Under the pieces are notes generated by a model, which was not told the DNA's origin, did not search any database, and saw nothing but the letters and a program-made list of their open reading frames with translations. Below, in pieces: positions 27,645 to 36,569 of a stretch of DNA of 60,579 bases. This DNA comes from a virus (taxonomy: Duplodnaviria > Caudoviricetes): the IMG/VR virus record IMGVR_UViG_3300026269_000197, positions 1 to 60,579 of that record; one strand, written 5' to 3'. A program made the translations under genes and the position numbers. Position 1 is the stretch's first letter. Every line of letters begins with the position of its first letter.

Positions 27645-28206
27645 TATTTCAAAACTTAAAATTAACAATACAGACATTGAAATACAATTAGATAAATTTC
27701 CAGTTCAGAAACCATTTATACCTAGAATAGATGGTAGACAAGCACATTTATTTTTATGGTTAGGTAAGAAAGAAGATGATATTGAAACTTACAATCTAGC
27801 AGAAAAGAATATAGGTGAAAAGATGTGGGTACATAATAAAACACCTAATACTTTTATAAAAGGTGTAGGTATGTTTCATATCTATGATGAGTATGTTATA
27901 GTAGGGTCTTTAAAGTATCCTGGTTATATGCGAAGTAAAAGTCCAGTAGAAAGAAGAAGATTGATAAGAACAATGTGGTGTGAAACAATTAATATATTTA
28001 AAGATAGAAGAATATTATGTCCTACAGGAACTTATTTTGATTATTTACATTTATCTATGAATCAAATGAAGGCACAAAAAGAACCTTATCATAGAGAGAT
28101 AATGCAACAATTTGGTTTTGAAAAAGATGTTATATATGACCACTTTTGGATTAGAGATAAAGATACAAAAACTGGTTTAAATTGGATTGAATTATATGGA
28201 GATTAA
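27610..28206 (+). CDS. hypothetical protein in the rSAM cluster
   Basis: ORF track 27571..28206; the likely start is MYEYKE at 27610. Confidence 0.7.
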   Translation: MYEYKETLSQPDISKLKINNTDIEIQLDKFPVQKPFIPRIDGRQAHLFLWLGKKEDDIETYNLAEKNIGEKMWVHNKTPNTFIKGVGMFHIYDEYVIVGSLKYPGYMRSKSPVERRRLIRTMWCETINIFKDRRILCPTGTYFDYLHLSMNQMKAQKEPYHREIMQQFGFEKDVIYDHFWIRDKDTKTGLNWIELYGD

Positions 28207-28774
28207 ATTTACAGATACGATAAATGTTTTTGACGATTTCTTAACTGATAAAGTGTTAATTAATAAGTTAAAAAAAGAAAGTAAAATTGATACTACAATT
28301 AAAGGACAAGATACATTTAATTTTACGCCTTGTCAAAAAGAATTTTCTAAAATTGCAAATGCAACATTGATAAACTATTGTCTATCAAATAATATAGATT
28401 ATAATAATTTAGAGTTATCTAATTTTCAAAAAGGTAGATTAAAGAAGTATGATAAGTCTAGTGTGACCAATCATTTATATGAACCACACCACGACCAAGT
28501 TGAAGGTGCTTTTATTTCTGCAATCTATTATATAGATAGTGATTATACACCTGAAAAATGGGTAGGTGGTGAATTAAGTATATACAAAAATTTAACCTTT
28601 GCTGAATACCCAAATAACACCATAAACATAGAACCTATACCTAATAGACTGATAATGTTTCCTGGGTTTCTAGTACATAGAGTTAAACCATACTTCGGAG
28701 AAAATCCTAGAACATCTTTAGTATTAGGATGGGAAGTAAAAGACCAACCAAAAACTGAACCGATATGGATTTAA
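28187..28774 (+). CDS. 2OG-Fe(II) oxygenase (prolyl-hydroxylase-like)
   Basis: PHHD...SAIYY...GGEL...PNRLIMFP..LVHRV...R. Confidence 0.88.
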   Translation: MNYMEIKFTDTINVFDDFLTDKVLINKLKKESKIDTTIKGQDTFNFTPCQKEFSKIANATLINYCLSNNIDYNNLELSNFQKGRLKKYDKSSVTNHLYEPHHDQVEGAFISAIYYIDSDYTPEKWVGGELSIYKNLTFAEYPNNTINIEPIPNRLIMFPGFLVHRVKPYFGENPRTSLVLGWEVKDQPKTEPIWI

Positions 28775-29853
28775 TAATTAAACCAACTGAATTATGTAAT
28801 TTCAAATGTACATTTTGTTCAAGTACTCAACTAACAAAAGAGAAAAAGAATTGGTTGAAACACGAACAAATATTTGAGTTCTTAACAAGATTTCCTCATA
28901 CTAAAACTATTATAGTAAATGGTGGGGATCCTTTGATGATGGAACCTGAATACTATTGGAAGATTATTAGATGGTTAGATGAAAGAGATTATGCAACATC
29001 AATTTCTCTAACAACAAACTTATGGCCGTTCTTAAAGAAACCTAGTTTGTGGGTAGACTTATTTAATGATAAAAGAATAGGAGTAACCACTTCTTTTCAA
29101 TATGGTGGTGGAAGATTAAAAGGAGACTTTACAGAATTTACGGAAGACGACTTTTGGCAATGTTCAGACGCAATGTTAAAGTATTGTGATTATAGACCAG
29201 ACTTTATTTCTGTTATAACAAAAGAAAACAAACACAATGCAATTAAAAATGTTGAGTTAGCAAAGTTTATGTCAGAAGATAGAGAACCAGAAGGTACTTT
29301 ACATAATTTATATAGAGAAGAAAAAACTGGTGTTGAATGTAAATTAAATTATGCAATGGCAAGTGGTGACCAAAAAGAACCATTTTTATTATCAGATATA
29401 TATGAGATATATACTAAAATATATAATCAAGGTTTAGCACCTTGGGAATTTAATACGAAACAAATGATGTTGACTATTAAAGATTGTAGTACTACTTGTC
29501 CTTTAAGTAGAAAGTGTGATGAAGGTATAAGATGTTTACAACCCGATGGAGACTATTATAGTTGTGGTGCTTTTGGTGATGATAGAGATAAAGAAATAGA
29601 TTTTAAAAGAGAAATGAAAGGTGAGTTTTTTACACCTTTACAAGATGACCTTTCATTAAATAGTATGAAAAAATCTTGTTATATTTGTCCAATGTTTAAT
29701 ATATGTAATGGTTGTAGAAAGACAATAAAAGATTATCAACACGCTGGAGTAATAGAGAAACATTGTGAGAAGATGAAACGAATAGGACCTGATATACTAA
29801 AAGCAAATGGCAGTACTTTACAAATGACACCATATATAAGTGAGGCACAATGA
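28765..29853 (+). CDS. radical SAM protein with SPASM domain (rSAM-3)
   Basis: IKPTELCNFKCTFC, NGGDP, CP...C...DGDYYSC...CYICPMFNICNGC...C. Confidence 0.93.
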   Translation: MDLIIKPTELCNFKCTFCSSTQLTKEKKNWLKHEQIFEFLTRFPHTKTIIVNGGDPLMMEPEYYWKIIRWLDERDYATSISLTTNLWPFLKKPSLWVDLFNDKRIGVTTSFQYGGGRLKGDFTEFTEDDFWQCSDAMLKYCDYRPDFISVITKENKHNAIKNVELAKFMSEDREPEGTLHNLYREEKTGVECKLNYAMASGDQKEPFLLSDIYEIYTKIYNQGLAPWEFNTKQMMLTIKDCSTTCPLSRKCDEGIRCLQPDGDYYSCGAFGDDRDKEIDFKREMKGEFFTPLQDDLSLNSMKKSCYICPMFNICNGCRKTIKDYQHAGVIEKHCEKMKRIGPDILKANGSTLQMTPYISEAQ

Positions 29854-30371
29854 TAAAAACTAGTAATAATATAGAAAATGTTTTAATCAATGGAGTTTGG
29901 CCTACAGCAGACCCATTGCCGTTTAGATTTTTTGAAGGTGTTGAAATACCATTTAAAAGTTTAGAAGGTTATAAAGTAGCAGTACATACTCCAGAAGTTG
30001 AGAATGCTCTCAAAATGTGCCATACTTATTTGGGTAATAAATATATTAAACAATTGTCTAATAAGTATAACTTATATGGTCAACCAGAAATAGTTAACGG
30101 AGTAGACAAAGGTTCGTTGAATTGGCATAATGATAATAAAGAAGGAGCAAATATTGCTGCTATTATCTATTTCACTTCAGCAAGTAATCCTGATACAGGA
30201 GGACAATTAGAAGTAAGAAGTAAGGACAACAAAAGTTTATCTGCATACTTGTACCCAGGCAAGACAGATGTAGTATTATTAAACCACGCTAAACAATGGG
30301 AACATAGAGTTGGAGAATTTAAACCAATAGGTGTTGAACGAATAGCAGGATATTTTGACTATAATATATGA
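29850..30371 (+). CDS. 2OG-Fe(II) oxygenase
   Basis: WHND...IIYF...GGQL...WEHRV...R. Confidence 0.82.
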   Translation: MIKTSNNIENVLINGVWPTADPLPFRFFEGVEIPFKSLEGYKVAVHTPEVENALKMCHTYLGNKYIKQLSNKYNLYGQPEIVNGVDKGSLNWHNDNKEGANIAAIIYFTSASNPDTGGQLEVRSKDNKSLSAYLYPGKTDVVLLNHAKQWEHRVGEFKPIGVERIAGYFDYNI

Positions 30372-30472
30372 GTGAATTAGAATTTTTTAAATTTATACAA
30401 CAAATGGAAAAAGAAGTATACGGTATTACTCCATTCTTTGAGGAATTAGATTATGACGAAACAGAAAATTAA
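30368..30472 (+). CDS. small acidic peptide (34 aa)
   Basis: Hand-translated MSELEFFKFIQQMEKEVYGITPFFEELDYDETEN. ATGA overlap with the oxygenase stop; fills the gap to rSAM-4. Confidence 0.5.
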   Translation: MSELEFFKFIQQMEKEVYGITPFFEELDYDETEN

Positions 30473-31427
30473 TTTATCAATTAATCCATCTTATCATTGT
30501 AATTTTAGATGTTCTTGGTGTTATCTTACACCTAAACAATTAGGTGACACTAAAACTATAAGTGATGAAAGATTAAATGAATTACTAGCAGAAGTTTCTG
30601 CTCATAGAGAAATTAATCATATTGATTTATATGGTGGTGAGATTGGTCTATTAAAGAAAGAACAATTAAAGAACATCACAGAAGTTATTAGATTATATTA
30701 TAAAGATAAAATCAATATCAATACAAACCTTTCCGTATTAAGAGAAGAATTTTTTTATCCTGAATATTATTTAAGTGTATCTTGGGATTTAGAAACTAGA
30801 CAAGACTTTATTAAAGTTAGAGAGAATATGGCGAAACTGCCAGTTGACTTTTCTCTATTATGTTTAGCAACAAAAGAAGTAATGCACCATTCCGTAGAAC
30901 ACTTTTGGTCTATGATTAATAGAATTAACTTTGAATCTGAAAAAGCAAATCGTGGTAAATCTCATTTAAAAAGTGTAGAAGTAAAACCTTATAGTGCTAA
31001 TCAAGCAAATGACCAAGAAGTAACCCACGCACAATACGAAGACTATATTTTAAAATTACTAGAAATGGAAAGTTCATTGAAAAAAGGTAAATATGAATTT
31101 GTAAATAAAAAGAAAGTAATTGCTTCTTTAAATAAAGAATATAACGCATTTAGCGATGACCATTTATATATTACACCAAACGGTAAGTTCGCTGTATTAG
31201 AATTTGATAAAGATAATAGAGAATACTTTTTAGAATTAAATAGTTTTGAAGAATATGAAAATTGGTGTAAAAAAGAAAAAGAGAAAACAATATCACCTAT
31301 ATGTAAGAGTTGTGAATATCTAGGAGGTTGTTTAACAGAACATTATCAATATGTCAAAGATTTAGATAATGGTTGTAATGGATATAGGTATCTATTGGAT
31401 ACTTATGAAATGAGATATGGCAAATAG
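30453..31427 (+). CDS. radical SAM protein (rSAM-4) with reduced SPASM-like tail
   Basis: CNFRCSWC, YGGE, C-terminal CKSCEYLGGC...C. Confidence 0.92.
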   Translation: MTKQKINLSINPSYHCNFRCSWCYLTPKQLGDTKTISDERLNELLAEVSAHREINHIDLYGGEIGLLKKEQLKNITEVIRLYYKDKININTNLSVLREEFFYPEYYLSVSWDLETRQDFIKVRENMAKLPVDFSLLCLATKEVMHHSVEHFWSMINRINFESEKANRGKSHLKSVEVKPYSANQANDQEVTHAQYEDYILKLLEMESSLKKGKYEFVNKKKVIASLNKEYNAFSDDHLYITPNGKFAVLEFDKDNREYFLELNSFEEYENWCKKEKEKTISPICKSCEYLGGCLTEHYQYVKDLDNGCNGYRYLLDTYEMRYGK

Positions 31428-32211
31428 AGCATTTTGTATAGGTAATGGAAGAAGTAGAAAAGGTTTTAATTTAAACTCATTAAAATCTCGTGGAGTAATA
31501 TTAGGTTGTAATAATCTATATAAAGATTTTGCGCCAGATATATTAGTTTCAGTTGACCATCCACTTATGCACAACATTTATAATTCTGGTTATTGTTATA
31601 CTTCTAAATGTTATTTTAGAGATTGGATAAAAATACCACAAGAGAATTATGAAAATATGTTGGCAGGTTTCTTTCCTGATTATAGACATATAAGAGCAAT
31701 AAGAAAGTCAGGTCATTTAGTAGAAAACAATAGAGCAGGTTCAAATGAATTTGTATTGCACGGATATAATGACAAACAAACTGGAAAGAATATGGTGACG
31801 GTAAGTTGGTGTACAAAAGATTATGTTTATAATATGACGGATATAATAAAAGATCCAGAGCAAACAATGTGGTCTGCTGGTCCTTCAAGTGGTTATATTG
31901 CTTGTAAGACTATTAATAATATGAAAGAAGTATATTTAATTGGACACGATTTATATAGTTCTAATAAATCATTTAATAATGTCTATGCAGGACAACCTTA
32001 CTATGTATCAGATACACACCCTAGTAATTATTATGTACAGAATTGGATAATGCAATGGAAGAAGTTGTTTAGATGGTATCATCATATTAAGTTTTATAAA
32101 GTCAATAGAAGAAATTTTTTAAATATAAATGTTCCTGAATGGAATGATTGTAAGAATTTGGAGTATATAAGCTATGAAAGAATGGAAAATCAAACAAGAA
32201 GTCTACCATAG
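31417..32211 (+). CDS. glycosyltransferase-like protein (sialyltransferase/Maf-like GNGxS fold)
   Basis: CIGNGRSR, GCN.LY....PDILVSVD, SAG, VYLIGHD. The family assignment is tentative. Confidence 0.55.
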   Translation: MANRAFCIGNGRSRKGFNLNSLKSRGVILGCNNLYKDFAPDILVSVDHPLMHNIYNSGYCYTSKCYFRDWIKIPQENYENMLAGFFPDYRHIRAIRKSGHLVENNRAGSNEFVLHGYNDKQTGKNMVTVSWCTKDYVYNMTDIIKDPEQTMWSAGPSSGYIACKTINNMKEVYLIGHDLYSSNKSFNNVYAGQPYYVSDTHPSNYYVQNWIMQWKKLFRWYHHIKFYKVNRRNFLNINVPEWNDCKNLEYISYERMENQTRSLP

Positions 32212-32611
32212 ACTAAATCCTACTCACTCGGATATGTTAATGGATAAAGAAATATCCTTAATATGGGATGAACAGGATATAGTACGATATGCCATTAAAC
32301 ATTGGCACGAAAGAGTAGATAAGTTTATATATCCAGCAAAGAGTTATTGTGTAGCAATATGTTATGCAAAGTGGATAGAGAGAGATTATGGAGATAATTT
32401 TTGGGACTTATTAAATGACCCAAAATTATTGTATAGTAATGACCCTTACTTTGAAGTATACAAAGATAAGAAACACATATACAATCCTATTATATCAACT
32501 TTCCCTGAAGATGAAACTCAAGGAATGATACCAGATATAAGGGATTGGTATGAAAAAGAAATAAAGTACGATACTGGAATTAGTATAAATAGTAAATATA
32601 AGGAGAAATAA
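32174..32611 (+). CDS. hypothetical protein
   Basis: ORF overlapping the previous gene; aromatic-rich. Confidence 0.7.
   Translation: MKEWKIKQEVYHRLNPTHSDMLMDKEISLIWDEQDIVRYAIKHWHERVDKFIYPAKSYCVAICYAKWIERDYGDNFWDLLNDPKLLYSNDPYFEVYKDKKHIYNPIISTFPEDETQGMIPDIRDWYEKEIKYDTGISINSKYKEK
32584..32591 (+). promoter_or_regulatory. T4-type late promoter
   Basis: TATAAATA upstream of 32614; marks the end of the rSAM cluster. Confidence 0.75.
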
Positions 32612-32613
32612 TT

Positions 32614-32850
32614 ATGGCTATTAAGATAAATGGTAAAGAGTACGATGAAACGAAGTTTGACGACAAGACTAAAAATTATGTGATTGCTCGTCAGGAACTT
32701 GTTCAAAATCGTGCTAGACTGGAGATTGAATCGGAAAAGATTGAGGTATTGATAAGATTTTACAATGCTAAGATTTGTGAATTCCTAGGAATTGACCCCA
32801 ATGCTCCTAAAACAAATACCGAAGAAACAAAAACAGAAATAAAAGAGTAA
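32614..32850 (+). CDS. small coiled-coil hypothetical protein
   Basis: AGGAG RBS; IKINGKEYD N-terminus followed by a coiled coil. Confidence 0.7.
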   Translation: MAIKINGKEYDETKFDDKTKNYVIARQELVQNRARLEIESEKIEVLIRFYNAKICEFLGIDPNAPKTNTEETKTEIKE

Positions 32851-32854
32851 TTAG

Positions 32855-33196
32855 ATGGCAGCAATTGCTAACCTACGAATCGACCAAGGCACTACATTTT
32901 CTAGTAATATAACATTAGCGGGAAATGATGGAGCAGCTTGGGACTTGACTGGACATACCGTAGAAGCCAAAATGGCTAAAGGGTATGAAAGCACAAAGAC
33001 ACGGACTACAATGACAACTGCTGTAGCGAATCCGACTACAGGAATTATCACACTATCATTAACTTCAGCACAAACGGCTGCTTTGGACGCACCTAGCAGA
33101 TATGTTTATGATGTAGAGGTCACTAGAACAAGTGATAGTGTAGTAACCAGAGTAATTGAAGGTATAATAACCATCCGTCCTAATGTGACCGTATAA
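32855..33196 (+). CDS. virion structural adaptor (Ig-like, BppU-like)
   Basis: NLRIDQGTTF, DLTG, G.ITLSLTSAQTAAL..RYVYDVE..RVIEG...P.VT. Confidence 0.75.
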   Translation: MAAIANLRIDQGTTFSSNITLAGNDGAAWDLTGHTVEAKMAKGYESTKTRTTMTTAVANPTTGIITLSLTSAQTAALDAPSRYVYDVEVTRTSDSVVTRVIEGIITIRPNVTV

Positions 33197-33233
33197 TTTC
33201 TTCAAAATTGTATATTTTTGAGTTACCGTTTGG

Positions 33234-33241
33234 TATAAATA
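33234..33241 (+). promoter_or_regulatory. T4-type late promoter
   Basis: TATAAATA upstream of 33265. Confidence 0.8.
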
Positions 33242-33264
33242 TTAACAAATAGGGGAGAAAACAA

Positions 33265-33522
33265 GTGTCTCAAATAAAAGCTAGAATAGATTCAACAATT
33301 AGTAGACCTCAACAAGTATCGGTTACTATGCCTGCTGGAGCAGCGTCTCAAACTGCTGTTACCAACTCAACATTAAAATTAAGACTTCTATCCGATGTAG
33401 ACGCAAGTACCCTGGCTGATGGTTCAATGATTCAGTATTCTTCAACAAGTGATAAGTTTGTTGTAAGAGACGAAATCTCAACTACAACAGGTTCTATCAC
33501 TTTAAATGGTGGTTCATTTTAA
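33265..33522 (+). CDS. small fibre-associated protein
   Basis: GTG start with RBS; LSDVD repeat motif and C-terminal LNGGSF. Confidence 0.7.
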   Translation: MSQIKARIDSTISRPQQVSVTMPAGAASQTAVTNSTLKLRLLSDVDASTLADGSMIQYSSTSDKFVVRDEISTTTGSITLNGGSF

Positions 33523-33538
33523 ATAGAGAGAAAAGAAT

Positions 33539-35278
33539 ATGGCAACAATAATACGAATAAAAAGAAGTGCTAACACAACTGCTCCTAGTACATTAAAACT
33601 TGGAGAATTAGCTTTAACTTATGGAACTGGTACTGCAGGAAATAATGGAGATAGATTATTTGCTGGAACAGGTGGGGTTGATGGAAATGGTGACGCAAAC
33701 GATATTGATGTAATTGGTGGTAAGTATTTTACAAGTTTATTTCCTACTACAAACGGCGTAGTTGGAGCAGAAAAATTAATAACAACAGATTCAAATAACA
33801 GAATTGACCAAATGGTGTTTGGTAACTCAAATACTGATTCAGGTCAAATCACATTTAACGAAGCATTAAACAACGGTTCAAACAATGTTGTTTTAAAAGC
33901 TCCGTTATCATTAACAAACTCATCTACACTTTTATTACCTGATGGTGCTGGAAGTGCTGGACAATTTTTAAAAGTAGATTCAGCAAGTGGTTCGGAAGCT
34001 CAATTAGGTTTCGCTGATGTTGATACTACTCTTACTTTAGAAGATAGTACAGGAACATCAATTAACTATTCAACTGCAAACACTTTATTGTTAACAGGTG
34101 ATGGTACAATTGATACTGCCGCTACTGCTAACACAATTACAATTAAAGTACAAGATGGTTCAATTGGAACAACTCAACTTACAGACAACAATGTAACCAA
34201 TGCTAAATTAGCAAACACTAGTGTTACCGTTGGAAGTACTGCTGTTGAATTAGGTGGTTCTGCATTAACAGACCTTGCTGGAATAACAAGTGTTATTGTT
34301 GATGACTTATCTTTAAACGGACAAGACATTTCAACAACAGGAAGTAATAAAGATATTACTTTAACTCCACACGGAACTGGTGTTGTAACCGTACCTAGTG
34401 GATATAAAGATAGAGCAGGTTTTGGTGCTGACGCATTGGCAACTAAAGAGTATGTTGATGGATTTACTTCAGGTTTAGATGTTAAAGATAGTTGTAGAGT
34501 TGCTACTACTGCTAACTTAACGGTTACTTATGACCAAACAAATAAAAGATTAGATAACGCTGACACACAAGCTGCTTTGGCAATTGATGGTGTTACCTTA
34601 TCAGTTAACGATAGAGTATTAGTTAAATCTCAAACAGAAGCAAGACAAAATGGAATTTACAAGGTAACAGATGTTGGTTCTAACTCTTCTAATTGGAGAT
34701 TAGAAAGAAGTTCAGATACGAATACAGGTGCTCAACTAACAGGTGGTTCATTTACTTTCGTTGAAGAAGGAACTGCTAATGCTGATAATGGTTATACATT
34801 TACTCACAATGGTATACCTACATTAACAGACAATACTTTATCTAACAATACAGAATTACCAGTATCACAATTCTCGGGTGCTGGACAAGTAGTAGCTGGT
34901 GCTGCTCTTGTAAAAGCTGGGAATACTTTAGATGTTAATGTTGATAACGCTTCAATCGCTGTTGTATCAGACGCTTTACAAGTTAAAGCTGGTGGTATTA
35001 CAAATGCTATGTTGGCAGGAAGTATTACAAATGCTAATCTTGCTGATCCAAATGTTTCACTTGCAGGTGAAACTGGAACTGGTACGGTTGGACTTGGTGG
35101 TACATTAACTTTTACTGCTGGCGAAGGAATTGATACTTCTGCTTCTGGTTCTGCAATTACAATTGCTGGGGAAAACGCTTCAACAACAAATAAAGGAGTT
35201 GCTTCTTTTAGTACTGATAACTTCACGGTAACAAGTGGTGATGTTGCGGTAACTACTATTGATGGTGGGTCATTCTAA
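33539..35278 (+). CDS. tail fibre protein
   Basis: IRIKRS..P.TL..GELA N-terminus, ATKEYVD, GLDVKDSCRVATTAN, DRVLVK.QT..QNGIY, terminal IDGGSF. Confidence 0.8.
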   Translation: MATIIRIKRSANTTAPSTLKLGELALTYGTGTAGNNGDRLFAGTGGVDGNGDANDIDVIGGKYFTSLFPTTNGVVGAEKLITTDSNNRIDQMVFGNSNTDSGQITFNEALNNGSNNVVLKAPLSLTNSSTLLLPDGAGSAGQFLKVDSASGSEAQLGFADVDTTLTLEDSTGTSINYSTANTLLLTGDGTIDTAATANTITIKVQDGSIGTTQLTDNNVTNAKLANTSVTVGSTAVELGGSALTDLAGITSVIVDDLSLNGQDISTTGSNKDITLTPHGTGVVTVPSGYKDRAGFGADALATKEYVDGFTSGLDVKDSCRVATTANLTVTYDQTNKRLDNADTQAALAIDGVTLSVNDRVLVKSQTEARQNGIYKVTDVGSNSSNWRLERSSDTNTGAQLTGGSFTFVEEGTANADNGYTFTHNGIPTLTDNTLSNNTELPVSQFSGAGQVVAGAALVKAGNTLDVNVDNASIAVVSDALQVKAGGITNAMLAGSITNANLADPNVSLAGETGTGTVGLGGTLTFTAGEGIDTSASGSAITIAGENASTTNKGVASFSTDNFTVTSGDVAVTTIDGGSF

Positions 35279-35658
35279 TGGCTACCGTTCTTAAACCAAA
35301 AAGAAGTTTTACGGCGACTGCCATACCAACGGTTTCTGATTTAGAAATTGGTGAGTTGGCAATGAATGTTGCTGATGGTAAGTTTTTTACAAAATTAAAT
35401 GCTAGTACTATTAAAGAAGTTGGTGGTGCAAGTGCTGTTAATATTCAATCAGTATTAAGTGCTGGTGCAATTTCAACAACAGATTTAGTTTTTAATAATG
35501 CAAATATTATATTTGAAGGTGCTACACCTGACGCCTACGAAACAACATTAACGGTAGAAGACCCGACTGCTGATAGAACGGTTAAACTACCTAATTCAAG
35601 TGGAACTTTGGCGTTAACAGGTGATATTCTTGCTTTCGCTGTAGTATTTGGGGGATAA
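35278..35658 (+). CDS. short fibre-module protein
   Basis: KPKRS..P...GELA N-terminus plus FEGAT...ETTL...P..DRT..LP module also present in 21198..22499. Confidence 0.7.
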   Translation: MATVLKPKRSFTATAIPTVSDLEIGELAMNVADGKFFTKLNASTIKEVGGASAVNIQSVLSAGAISTTDLVFNNANIIFEGATPDAYETTLTVEDPTADRTVKLPNSSGTLALTGDILAFAVVFGG

Positions 35659-35664
35659 TAAACA

Positions 35665-35994
35665 ATGGCAAGTGCTTTTAAAAATGCTGGACAAGAAAAT
35701 CCAACAACTGACGGTGTAGGTGCTAATGTATATACGGCTCCTTCTAATGGAACTGCTGTATTACACGCTGTTTATATCTCAAACAAGAATCCAGCTACTC
35801 AAGCAGTAGTAGATGTATCGGTTACGATAGATGGTGGAACAACTTTTAGAAGTATTATAAAAGGTTGTATAATTCCACAGAATAACACTTTTATATTAGA
35901 CAAACCAGTCAATTTAGAAGCAAACGATATAATAAGAGTAGTGAGTAATGTGGCGAGTACGGATACTTTTATATCTGTACTAGAGAATACATAA
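35665..35994 (+). CDS. small virion structural protein
   Basis: MASAFKN...VYTAP...LDKPVNLEAND beta-rich domain in the fibre module. Confidence 0.7.
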   Translation: MASAFKNAGQENPTTDGVGANVYTAPSNGTAVLHAVYISNKNPATQAVVDVSVTIDGGTTFRSIIKGCIIPQNNTFILDKPVNLEANDIIRVVSNVASTDTFISVLENT

Positions 35995-36010
35995 TAGTTA
36001 AAAGATAGAT

Positions 36011-36027
36011 TATAAATAGTATAAATA
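36011..36027 (+). promoter_or_regulatory. tandem T4-type late promoters
   Basis: TATAAATA at 36011-36018 and 36020-36027. Confidence 0.8.
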
Positions 36028-36047
36028 TAAACAAAGAGGAATTTTAA

Positions 36048-36545
36048 ATGGGATTAGCATTAGCAACAGGAGCAAGTCAAGCCGTTGGGGTAGACGCTGC
36101 TGGATTTCAGATTTCAAATGAATACGCTATGCACGCCCTTAACCGTGATGTAAACGGACTATTGATTTATACAAAAACATCAATGGATAGTACGGATACT
36201 ATTGAGGTTAACGATGGACAAGGATTTGGTTATAATGGTTTTGAAGGACTTGCATTAGGAAAAGCAAGTGATGGTACAACCGTTCAGAATACTTTACAAA
36301 GTACATATGACGAAAGTACAGACGACCACTATCAAACAAATGCTAAGTATAGAAAATATCAACAGGTCAGATTTGACCCTTTGAAACTTTTTTATTTTAT
36401 TAATGATGAAGGAATGTTAGTTGCGAGATACCAACACGACTATACATATGCTGCTACAGAAACGGCAACTTCAACTACTGGTAATAACTGGATACCTTCT
36501 GGTGGCGTTTATTATACACAAGCCAATCAGGAAAGGTATTTGTAA
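36048..36545 (+). CDS. hypothetical virion-module protein
   Basis: GAGG RBS, late promoter upstream. Confidence 0.7.
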   Translation: MGLALATGASQAVGVDAAGFQISNEYAMHALNRDVNGLLIYTKTSMDSTDTIEVNDGQGFGYNGFEGLALGKASDGTTVQNTLQSTYDESTDDHYQTNAKYRKYQQVRFDPLKLFYFINDEGMLVARYQHDYTYAATETATSTTGNNWIPSGGVYYTQANQERYL

Positions 36546-36569
36546 AACAAAAATTAGAGAGAGATAAAA

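Noticed and set aside
22991-31427. Interpreting the rSAM cluster as a DNA-modification (7-deazaguanine) or cofactor pathway
   Set aside because: No folE, queC, queD or dpdA genes are nearby. The enzymes have SPASM-like Cys tails and sit in the tail module beside a Cys/His-tailed protein. Not formally excluded without HMM searches.
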